From assembly GCA_002633005.1 (NCBI GenBank), contig NMRA01000172.1:362348-426347 (forward strand): a stretch of 64,000 nucleotides of DNA. Reading direction: 5' to 3'. The translations under genes were made by a program, and so were the position numbers. The stretch is from Phoronis australis. Taxonomy: Eukaryota; Animalia; Phoronida. Shown here in pieces: positions 24,946 through 37,400 of the stretch. The stretch's first letter is position 1, and each line of letters opens with the position of its first letter. The notes beneath the pieces were generated by a model. It ran no database searches. It was not told where the DNA came from and saw nothing but the letters and a program-made list of their open reading frames with translations.

Positions 24946-27900
24946 TTTCATTCCTAGCTATAACAATGCTTTAAACGCAACACTTGTCTGCAAAATATGC
25001 AAGTTATTTCAGACAACTTCAAACCTGTGTTACCCATTTTCAAGCCTTTTGATTCTTGATACTTGCAGCAATAATAAACACCGACTGCAGATTCATGGGT
25101 GTGTCAAGGACACTTTTGGCCTAACGCTGAGGGAACCGTTTCTCCGATTTTAGTTTTTCTTCTAATAGACGATATGGAAACTTGGGTCACTTAAAAAATG
25201 GTGGTTAATATTTCTGTTGTTGCAGAAGAATTAAAAATCCTAAGGCACCATTGTTTGCGCATTGGCAATAAGAATAATATGTTCAAATTTGACCTCACTC
25301 GTATGTTTACATCAAGAACGCAATTTTCACAAAAATGACAGTCCTATGAATTTATAAACGACTTGCAACATTTCAAGGCAAGTGTTAGGACTGTTCAGCT
25401 GTTGAGAATACAGAGAATGTAATATACATTAGGGTTTACAATGGATAGCAAAACAGTTTCATGAAACGCGAAAAAAATTCATGAAGGTTAAGAATTACCT
25501 CACCATGCTCTTCCCCCCTGACACTATTAACTGTCATTTTCACACATTCAGTTGCACTAAATTTTACAAACCTAACCCCCTATGCCATCATCCCGCTAAG
25601 GACTGAATAAGTAAATTAACAAAACAACGTACATACCTTTCTTAAAAAATAGCTGTCCCTTTCCAAAGTAGGCTTTGACAACAGATCTGCTCTGGATAGG
25701 AAGATTTTGCTGGTTAGCTGCCTGCAGTCAACTGCTAAAACCAATTTTTGTCCATTCAGGGGCGGTTGCAGAAGCGAAGCGTATCGCCTCTGCCAGGTAC
25801 TAGCCCTCAGGTAAGGTAAAAACAGACATGCTATATTTACATGTCAACGTGTAATAGATTTCCGGAATACATGGGATAGGGAGTAAACAAATAGTCTAAT
25901 GGATATATGTCACGTACCCCTTGGACTTGGATTGTAATCTCACATCACTAACAAATATCGAGTTGCATAAACATTCAGCATTGATTGATGTAACTGTCAC
26001 TGATAAACCTACATGTATTAGAAATCATTCCAAACATTAATACTGCTTTGATATAAGAAAAGATCCCGAGTGCTACGTCAAGTATCGTAACACACATCAG
26101 TTATCACAACAAACGATGACAACTGACTGGCGACTGCCGCGAAGTCGATATCGGCCAGTACCTCAATTAACAGGTATCAGTATTATAAACATGGAATAAT
26201 CGTTACAATAATCACAAACTTTACCTTTGTATAGGTCATTCTTACTTCCTCCTATAGAATCACCCTTTTCACGCAATCTCAGATTCAGTTGGCCCGGCTG
26301 CAAGCGATTTCACCAGGTATTTAAAGGGCTCCCGAAATCGAGGCTGCCTAATCTATCACCACTAGTACACGCGCCCCCTCTAGTAATGTAAAGATTGTCG
26401 AATAGCCCAATTGCCAAGAAATATGAAGCGTGAATACACAGGATATCTTGGTGTCATTCATTATCCGTGATAATTACAGCTTGAATGTTTCAAAGAAAGA
26501 GATACGCACCTGCGGTCTTCGTAAACTGTTACGACATTGGTGACATTCAAAGGAACGTTTCCGAATTGAAAAAATTCTGTTACGCTCGGTCCGTGCCTGC
26601 CTTCAAAACGTCGCGATTTGAAATTACCTTAAATATTTCTTGTGGATTTTGTAAAATTTACCTCTTGGGTTACCGTGACCGTAAGCTGAGAAAAGAAACG
26701 GGATACCCTTTGGTAAACAAGAATGGCGCTTTCCCATTCCGGAAACCCCTAAACTCCATCTATTTTCAGTGGAACTCGTCTTACCTTACTCATTCCTCGT
26801 CCATGACCGTGATGGCGAGTGAATCACTGTTAAGAACACAACGTGTACGTCCGTCTACAGTCTCCGTTTGGTGATTCAGAAAACAATTTTTGCACACAAG
26901 TGTCGTATACGAATAATGTGTAGACAGGCATTCAGGCTGCAAAGTCGCATACGGTTTATCATTTGAGACAACACTCGTTTACTACGACTCTTGTTGACTC
27001 AAGGAGAATTCGTACACGACAATCGGACTGCTGTGTACATCGTCCGATTGTCGGCGTCGACATCACATACGAAATTGTTTGCGACAGTCGGGTATGTAGA
27101 CAGGACTTAACGTGGCCACGTATTCTGGAAGCGAAGTAATAACGCTGCAGTTTAATCATACGAGTTGCAATAGTGCTTTGACGACACAAGTGAGAAAACG
27201 GCAATCATGGTATTTAAATCAGTTTGCATAAACTTCTAAAAAACCGGCAATATCCTGCACACAAAGTACTAAGAACGAAACTATAAATCTCGCCACATCT
27301 TTAAATTGAATTAATAGTAATGACTTTCTCATATTCCAATAATGTTAGTTATCTGTAGAATTCCGTGTCCAGTGTTGTATTGACCAAAGGTGAGTGACCA
27401 CTACTTAAGTCTGCGCACCAGGCTACCAACACATTTGCCTGTTTTGTTGCTATGTTGGTTGTTGTTATTCAATCGTCTGCAGAGGAGAGACAAGAACGAC
27501 CAACTTGAAATCAATTGTGCTTTCACGTTCAAGATTGAAAACTCCATCTTGTGGTGAGAAAAGTATGTTATTTGATCTTCTCATTGTTCACACTAACCGA
27601 TGAACATGCATTTTTATTGTTATTAATTAAGGTAACGCCAATTTCAAGGCACATTATCGACTTTGCGACCGAGAACGGATTTTGAAATTACTGTTGGGTG
27701 GGACTGGAGACTTTTTAGAGTTGTTAGGTTGGACCTGAGGCTATGAAACGAAATCCGTTGCTTTGTGATTTCATTACAAATTGTCAAATTGTCACCGCTG
27801 TTTGACTGACATTTGTTGAAACCAAGACCGGTGAGATTTTACATTGCACACATATGAACGAGAGCAACGTATGCGTTCCCAGAAGAACGAGCTGGCGTCC

Positions 27901-28453
27901 CATACGCCCTGTGCTTTTCCGTTTAGGCAACCCTTTAAATATTTGTTTCTCTCCTTTGAGTAAACCGGTAGGAGTACTATTTGTGAGTCCAAACTCTTTC
28001 ATGATAAGAATCGAAAGAAACGATTCTTTTGTCATGTAAAATTTTTGAGTAGCACGCAGTCTGTGGCGTGTGGGTAAACAAATTTAATTTCAATTTAGAA
28101 ATTGCCAGCGTAAATTTCGTTTTGCAAAATACCATGTCTTTATCATAAAAAATCAACATTGAGTACTGTCATTTATTATGTTCAATCGAGTTACAGTTTT
28201 ATGAAGAAACGTGCAATCCCGCCCCACTAAAACTTCTGCCATCTGCCAGTATCCAGTCGACTTTCCTGGCATTCCGCCACCATCGAGAAGTCAATCCTGA
28301 AAAACGTCTTTGGTGAGTTTTAGCATAACAGTTAATTTGTTGTACCCACACTAGGATTTGGCATTTGCACCTTAAAGAACTATTAGCGCAAATGCTGAAT
28401 AGTCATTATTTATCAGTGATTTGTGGTAAAATTGAAGGTCCTTTCTGTCTGAT

Positions 28454-31400
28454 TTACGGAAAGCCGTTATCTTTTATGACCTGCGAATAAAAATTTGCGG
28501 ACTTTTTTGGAGTTCTTGGTCGGCTGGCGTCGTTAAAATCAACATGGTAGAGACCAAATTTTTCCAAGTAACCAGCGGCCCATTCAAAGTTATCCATTAG
28601 CGACCACGCTGTGTATCCCTTTACGTTTACTCCGTCCAAGACCACAGCTGAAAAATAACGGAAGTGTGAACTTGTGAATTCTCTTGCTGTTTCATGTAAC
28701 GAAGTTAAAGGAAATTTCGAGATATTTGGACGTTTGGGTAAATAATAGGAACTAAAATGATTTTTAGATAACTGGATACCATTTCTGTGTAACAAATAAT
28801 TCACCGAAACCAATCTTTTACGAAATCGAAAGTCAAAATCACTTGAATTCACTGACATTTTATCATGTGTAATGTTGTTGCATAATTGCCGTCGCCGTAG
28901 CCAAGTCATTCGCGAACTCTTGCATCTGGTGGTTTAGCAAACATTTCTTGTGAGTTTATGGAATTGTAAACGTCCTTCCGTATGAAATCCAACTACAGAT
29001 GGTTTCGATAAGCACGGTTAAGTCGGACTCGGAAATGGAAGAGCTGGAGCCCTACTACGATTACAATAGATTCCCGACAGACGACGAGAAGTTTTTTCAC
29101 AGGTATGCGGGAGAACCTACTTCGAGCCAAGTTATACCGAGGGAGAGTATAATTTAAGTTGTGCAAAGCGCTGAATCATACTCAGACGGCGTGAAATGTT
29201 TGCCTCATACCCTTTTCTCAACTAGACATTCAAACGAGCAAATTAGCAATTAAAAGTGAATTTACTGAAATAAAGATCGAAAACGTACCGCAATTTCACT
29301 TTCGTTTCTCTCGCAGTAATTTTTTAATGTACATTTTGTATTCACATTCGCGATTTGTACATGTATGCGCTACCATGCACAGACAACAGTTGTTTCGAAT
29401 ACACACGGTAATGCAGCCTCTTGTATTCAAAAACAATTCAACGATTCAAATCATGGCAAAAACCTACGGCCAGGGATTGTGTCTGGCCTCGGGGGAGGGA
29501 GTGAGAATGATGAATCAAATTTTAGTGTTTTATTAATAATTTATATCGATACGTTTGTGACCAATTTTGACCCTAGAGGATAACGGATTTCGCTCATGTT
29601 ATCGACATTGTTTAGTTTCCATGGCTACAGGTCCTTACGTTTTGACTTTTAAACAAAGCGGAGTTTTCCCCATGATAGTGGGTCACAATTTGTTACAACA
29701 GTCCAATTTGTTACTAAACTGTGACAAATTCGGCCGCAACATGCGCTCCGATTTATTACAGCGGCCCGTTTTCAGAATTGCAATAAAACTTGCCGCTGTA
29801 ATGAAACGGGTCCTCCGTTCCCACAGTGCCTCTTTTCAACGATAAAATCTTGTTTTAAATGTAGGCTCGCAGCGATTATAATTGCAGAGCAGTCACTGAA
29901 ACGTGTATCATTAATTTAAAAATATGCACCAGGTGGTCGATGGAGGATAACCAAGCCTTCCACGGGGTCTACGGAGAAAGAAACGCCGACCATTGTTATA
30001 CGACAAAGACTAGAAAATTATTTTAACGTACCTTTCATCATCTCGTTTATGTAATATTTGTAGTAAAATATTCGGTAGTCGTCAGTGATACTGGAGTTCC
30101 TATCTGACATGCCGCTTTCTGTGATGTAGATAGGAAAGTCACCATAGTGATTCTTGATCCAGTTAAGCATTGGTCGAAATCCCCAAGGGACTACAAGCAA
30201 CCAAGTGGACCCCGATCTATTAAAAACATTGAAAAGATACGAATTAATTGATAAAGGGTGATGTTAAATTTTCGTCTAGGCTATCATGTGAAAGGCCGCC
30301 CAGGTGTTTTGATGACATTGGGTTGAGTTAAAAATCACTATGAACAATGATACTCCTAAGGCGGATCTAATCTCACTACGGCAGGGGGTGGGGGGCAACC
30401 GAAAGTCCAAAGACAAACCGCCTGTGATAGTTGTAAAAAGTTAATGCTATGACCAGAAGCCACTTAAATCCGCCTATGTTCATTACCAGTTTGTCACATA
30501 CTTATGGAAAAGTTTGGCGTTGCCAGCACTTACGAAAGCCATTCGGGATCTGACGAGACATCGTGATCTTGATCGGAATAATAACTGGCTGTTTCCTTGG
30601 TAGTCTTTATCTCTTTGTAGTTGATATACTCAGTAGTATAGTGATTAAAGCCGAAATAATCTGCCGACCCTACAACAAAAGTAGTTAAAATTGACAACCC
30701 ACGGCAGCAGCCGGCGACGAACGACTTGACGGTGCTAGCTTATGCATAACGTTTTGCCTTCAGACTGTGTACAAAAGTTACTAAAACGTTCACATCATTT
30801 AAAATTGTTAACATGCGGTAAAACCCAATCAGGTTGACCAACCAGGATTGATTTTGACAAACATTTCTGAAAACATATTGCATGGACACAGAAAGCGGGA
30901 CTGAGGGGTTCAGACCCTACACTCGTGCTAGATTAGGAAGTTGGAGGAGGCAGCGCCCCCACAAGTAGGTTTGGCGGACAAATCTACAGGTACAGACTGA
31001 GGAGAGACTGACGTAAAATTGGCGTTGACTGCGGGACTAGGTAGAACTTGTGTCGACCGTGGAGTGGTAATAAAACCTGTAACAACGGGTGGGGGCCAAA
31101 AATGTTCGTCGAGTTCATGATCCCAATCAACGTTCGTTTCATTGGGTTTTCAAGTTTGGAGGGTACTGGTGGTTATGGCCAGCTTTTGGATATGTCAACT
31201 GTTTCTTGCCTCCATTCCATTGGTTTTAATTTGAGTACGCGAATTTGAGTGAAAGCATAGAGTCCTGTGGTCTGTTACTTTAGGATTACGATAGAAATTT
31301 GGTCTTACACACCACACAACTATTTGTGAAAAATCATTAAATCTCACAAGAGCAAAAGGTTAAAGTCTGAGAATATACACATAACTTGTAGTCACTGACA

Positions 31401-34400
31401 TAATTTCTATACAGTATTTCCTGAGAGTGATGCGCTCATAATTGCTTGTTTAAACCTTAAATTTATTCAGCATTTGTGAACTTGGAGGGTAAGATCAAAT
31501 TTCTGTCTGAAGTCTTACATCACTTTCATAAAAAGAACCCCTGGTGATGGTACCTTTAAATTATTAGAAAAGTACCGTTTCATACAAATTCTATAATTCA
31601 TGAACAAAACAGTTGCAGCAGGTAAGTGACAGTAAAATTAATATTGTTTTACCTTTAATCATCTTCTTCTCTTCATCGGAAAACTGTGGCAGTCTACTTT
31701 CTGTTCCTTCCAGCTTGCAATGTTTCTTTACCTACAATTTGTGAACGTAGAAACAGCTAGAAATCAGTCGAGAGAGGCTCATATTGCAACAGAGCGAGCA
31801 CTCACATAAAGCCTGTAGATCTTTCGCATTTATAAGACAAATGAATAAAAAACTTCTGCTAGCTACAACATACTGGTATCGCCAGAAGTCTCCAAGGCTG
31901 TGTTATCACCTCGGTTGGCAGCTGAAAAGGGTAAAGTCTCTCAACTGAGACGTAAGCCGTAGGAAGTATTCAAAGCGAATTTCAAAAGTAACAAATTGGT
32001 ATACCTACAGTAAACCTCTAAACAAAATTAGGATTGGTGCACCTGGCAATCTCATCCGTTCAACTACCTTACCTAAGCTGCATGCCTCGGTTGACATCGC
32101 AAACTCTTCCGAGTGCTTTGCTCAATTCAGACATCAAATGATACTCGGCCGGTTGTATCCAACCGATTGAGTTCCATGTCGCTCCGTATCATGATCACTA
32201 TCAGTAGCACCACTGAATTGAACTTAATGCCAACTTTCCACATAGCAACACACTCTAGAGACTATTAATATTGCGTAACTAGTTACCTGTTGCTTCATAA
32301 CCTGTGGATAGTCACCGTTCACATATATCGGATGTGCAAACCACCCCAGTGAAAACTCCATGGCTACTTCTGCTGCATCGACGTCCTTCTGATTGTTCCA
32401 GTCCTTCGGTTCTTTCCATGGCGCACTCAGCGAAATAGACACCATTCCTGGATAATTAAAAGATTCCAGTATATGGGTAAATAAATAAATGAAAATAAAT
32501 TACACTACTGCTCTTAATTTAACATCTCCACTGCTTCGCTGCCGCTACTGCAACCGCCACCGCTGCGTTCTACTACTAGACAATGCGCACCTTCCACTAA
32601 ACAAATAAAGCAAAGGCTTCAGACCTCCGGTAGCGGAAAAGTCCCGTGTTGTCGTATTTCCCATTAAATTACAAACATACAGCTTATGTCAACGGGGGGC
32701 CCCAGCATGCAACGATAGCCTTCCCCCCTCAACAACAACATGGTGGCCTTAGGTCTAAGTGGGTGGAATTGAAGACGACGGGGTAATGTGGAATAGATGG
32801 CAAACGGAATTGCAGTTGGTGGGGACCGTGGAAAATAGATGCCGACCGGGGACATTTCCAGTGGGGCTATTCGGAGAATTCTCCTCGCGGTGTCGCTGCT
32901 GTACTAGCGGTGATTGAATTGCGCATGCGTCGCTGCCTGCTTTTAAACAGCTGGTAAAAAAGGAATTGTTATCAAAATACGTCGTCGCGCTAAGCCTTAT
33001 TACTGCTATTTTCCCTGGTGCAAATCTTCGGCAGGTGATCACAAATTCCCAAAAGACCTAAGGTTAATAGGCGTAAAGAATTGCGGTCAAAGGGTCAACC
33101 AACTGACAAAAAGTATGTGGATGCCGAAGCCCCTTTGGAAGACTACATAACGTTACTTGGTAAGTTTTTAGCAATCAGTTTCTATCGACATCGTTCGGTG
33201 ATGTTATTCCCACAAGTTACCCCACTGAATAACGGGTTTATTCAGTGGAACTTAGTGTTTCTTTTCGAAAACCCACGCGGGACTCGGATGCCGGGTAGAC
33301 TAGCAAAACATATTCACATATTGTCCTGGGTGCGAGTGCGCGCAATATAAGAGGTGTATGGTACGTGACGCTCAGAAGTCAAGGGTGACTTTTTCACAGC
33401 AGTTTCTCTTCAAAACTATGTTATGTCCAATAAAATTCTCGGACCCTACCCCCAGGACTACCAGATTAGTTGCAGAATTAACATGAATAAGTTATTCAGC
33501 AAATGTCGTAACATTGCATTGGAATAAAAATTGACACCTAGAATGAATTTTATTTTTTGAGATCAGAAACACATTTTTGGTGTCATGAAAAATACACATT
33601 GTTAAAACACTTTTAGCCTGTTTCACATATTCTAATTCAGATCTTAAATAAGACTTGGGTATAAAGATTATTAGTTTCTACAGTAAAAACAAGAAGATGA
33701 AACGTCAAGTATGTTCTGCCTTACAAAAGTAGTTTTGTCTTGTGTTTTCTTTTATAATTTGCTAATACTTTTCTGACTATTCTGTTACAGGTGACAGAAA
33801 ACGACTGAAACCAGCCGTCTGAAAGTCTATTTTACCTTTGGACAAAGTGAAAAGCAATGCTTCAGCAATAACCTGGGAGAATTGAACCTACATGTAATTC
33901 AGAAAGCCCGCACTTGATATGTTTGATTATGGACTCCGTTGCATTGGGAAAATTGCAATTGTTTTTAACAATGTTGTTTCTTTGTATGTATGTGGTTGTT
34001 CAGTTTGCCATTTTGTTTTTAAATACACTGATAATTGTTTATTCTCAAATCTTGTGCATAGCAGATTCTTATCCAGCTAGCTACAATTGAAAATATACTT
34101 TTCTTGCATGTGGAACTTTTGTTTTAGACAAGTTAACAAAAAACATAAAATTGTTCAAAGGCCTTGTTAAGAAAGCTCTAAAAATAATAACACAAACAAA
34201 CAAATCTAATGCAAACAAAGAGAATACTCCATTTTGATCGCTCCACATTTCTATAGGTCAACAGGAAAATGACAATTCACAAGGTTAGCGTAATCGGTAA
34301 CCATTTCACCTTCATAAAGAATAAGCACAACTGCACTGTATTGGGCTTTAAAACTGAAAAAATATTGTGGTTTCAATAATTAGTGACAAAATTGCCTGTT

Positions 34401-37400
34401 CATGAAAAATTTATTCGATCATCAAAGTGTAACATTAACGGGCTTTCTACTGACAATAAGACAATCGATGTAGTCACTGAATGTCATTTCCGCATAATGT
34501 GTACCAAATTGAAAAGTTTTTACCATTAGTATGAAGCCTTTCTTCTGAAAGGAAAACTTATTGTCACTCAGTGAGAAAGGACTGGTATTTGTACCAGATG
34601 CTTTTGGTTTTCATTTCACTGGAATATAGTTTCAATGGCCTATAGAAACGCTTATAAAAAAGGTCCAGTTTTGGCATGTGGCTTTCCTTCATGTAACCTC
34701 ATTCAGCCTCGATAACATCCAAAATTAGATTCTTGAAGGTATAACACAACAGCATATCACTTGATTCGTTTTGTGCCTAAAATCTGACCCTGAACTAAGC
34801 CAGAGTGTCACTAGATCTTCTTTAGCTTCAGTCCCTCATGTTTCTTCTAAGAAAGGAAATAAGCTGTTGTCCACACTTGACTCATTGCCTATGAAAGGCC
34901 ATCCTCACCATCGAGGCTGACTTGTGTAGCAGTCAGATGTAGTTCCTCTTCAAACACAAACAATCCACTGGCACATTGTCTATGGTGACGCAGTACCGCG
35001 ATTCTCATTTCTAAAGGGCCACTGATTTGTACATTGTGCCATGCAGCACTGCTGGTGTGTGGAAATGCTGTGGGAAGAGAAAGGAGTTACGAAGCTTGTC
35101 TATGTTACGGCTTGAAGTGGAACTAAAACGTCACTGGACCTGGAACAAATATTGAAATATGAATAACTAAGTACTCCAGGTTGGGTTAAAAATGCTGCAC
35201 CTGCTTTTCAAAAATACGATATTGTGACTGCTTTACAATTTCGCACAAAATTAATTTTACCATTTCCAGAAAGCAAGGGTGTATATAATAAGTTTTGTAT
35301 AAAACTGCGTTTTTATTTTTCATTCCTAGCCATTATAATTCTTTAAACGCATCACTTTTCTGCAAGACATGCAAGATAACTTCAAACCTTTGTTAGTCAT
35401 TTTCAAGCCTTGTTATTTTTGATACTTTCAGCAATGTCAGACTCCGATTACAGATTCATGCGTCTGTCAAGCATACTTCTGGTCTAAGGCTGAGGGAACT
35501 TTTTAGTTTTTTCTAACAGAAGACTTTTTATTATTTTTAATAGAAGATGTGAAGACTTGGGTCATTCAAACATGGTGGATAATGTTTCTGTTGTTTAAGA
35601 GTAATTACAAATCGAAGGCACCATCAAAAATTCACAAAAATGGCAGTCATTTGAATTAAACGACTTTTCAAGGCATGAGTTAAGACTATTCAGTCACTGA
35701 GAACTCAGAAAATGTAATATGTGTTTATGGGTTTACAATTGATAGCAAAACAGTTTTATGAAATAAACGAGAAGGAACTTCATGAAGGTTAAGAATTATC
35801 TCACCATGCTCTTTCCCAAGGAAACTTATCTATTACCTGTTATTTCCACACATTTAGTTGCACCAAATTTTACAACCCCACCCCTCTATGCCCATCCCCG
35901 CTAAGGACCTGAATATGTAAATTAACAAAACGACTCACATAGTTTTCTTTAAAAATGGCTGCTTCTTTTCAAAGGCTTTGTTCGTTGTCTGCGATATAGA
36001 AAGTAGGCTTTGATAACAGATCTGCTCTAGATGGGAAGATCTTGTTGGTTAGCTGCCTGCAGTCAACTGCTTAAAACCAATTTTTGTTCATTCAGGATCG
36101 GTGCAGAAGCGATGCATATCTCCTCTGCACGGTACAAGCCCTCAAACCTAAAAACCAAAGGTCACGTGAAAAAGACATGATAGATTTCCATTTCAACGTG
36201 TAACAGATTTCCGGAAGACATAGGGTCGGGAGTAAACGAATAGTCTAATGGATATTTGTCACGTACCCTTTGCCATTGGGCTTAACTTACTAACCAATAT
36301 TGAGTTGACCTCATAAAAATTCAGCATTGATTGAAGCAACTGTAACTGATAAACCTGTTAGAAATCATTCCAAGCATTAATACTGCTTTGGTGTACGAAA
36401 AGATCCCGAGTGCTACGTCAAGTATCGTAACACACATCACAAAAAAGATTAACCCGACTGGCGACTGCCGCGAAGTCGACATCGGCGAGTACCTCAGTGA
36501 ACAGGCATCAGCAGAATAAACATGGAATAATTTTTATGATAATCACAAATCTTACCTTTGTATAAGGTCGTGCTTACTTCCTCTCATAGAAACACCCTTT
36601 TCACGTAATCTCAGATTCAGTTGGCACGGCTGCAAGCCATTCCACCATACGTATTTAAAGGGCTCGCGAAATCGAGGCTGCTTAATCTATCACCACTAGT
36701 ACACACGCTCCCTCTAGTTTATGTAAATTTTCCAAATAGCCCCATTAGTAAACTGTTCCTGCTTGTGAGGGGCCTCAACAGGTGCTGTTACCTACTCACC
36801 TTTTTGTGTTGGCTTGTACTTTCTCTCGTAGTCCCTATATGCCGCCGCATGTGCCTTTAAAATTGTATGACCCGCAATGTATGACCCCGTCGCTATAGAC
36901 TTTAAGCCAGGTGCGTGCACCCCGAGACCGTATCCCAAAAGTGCAGTTGAAGATGGTTCGTTAAATGTCAGCCAAAGTTTTACCTAGTGCGAGTGTCACC
37001 ACATATTACTTGGCGGTCTCTGTGTTACAGTGGTTTGTTACTGCGATAGATGGCGTTTTATGATAAATTGCATTACTTGTTAACACTAGGGGGTTCTGCG
37101 ATGTTTCATCAGTATTTTATGATTCATGGTTTTACACCAACCTTTCGACAATTTCTTTATCTTGCTGGTGAAAAGCGTACAACGTTGCTGCATCGCAAAA
37201 TTTGAGAGGTCTCGTGTGATCTTGAAATACTGCCAGTAAACACAGACCTCCGCGTTCGCTCAAGGAATCTCAATATGACACAAGCGGTCGTGCTTGTGGG
37301 GATTGTTAATACAGTAATTGGTTATGTGTTGAAAAACAAAGTTTCCACCTAAGTTTACATAATTTCAAAAATTGGTTGAGGCATACGCGATCTTGAGATG

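Larger units (their letters stand above)
18083..26408. mobile_element. ISL2EU-like element copy 1 (YqaJ/lambda-exonuclease remnant on minus strand), left end missing, interrupted by a Kolobok-like element
   Basis: 18083-19051 plus 24233-26408 are colinear with 33858-36743; remnants [44 protein letters not shown]; right terminus AATAGCCC. Confidence 0.65.

Noticed and set aside
26790-26960. Possible RING-finger remnant on the minus strand
   Set aside because: Cys/His spacing needs frameshifts; too degenerate to support
28995-29150. Acidic PYxFEP-like remnant resembling Kolobok accessory protein N-termini in GH1 intron 8
   Set aside because: Short, frameshifted, and no element boundaries could be defined
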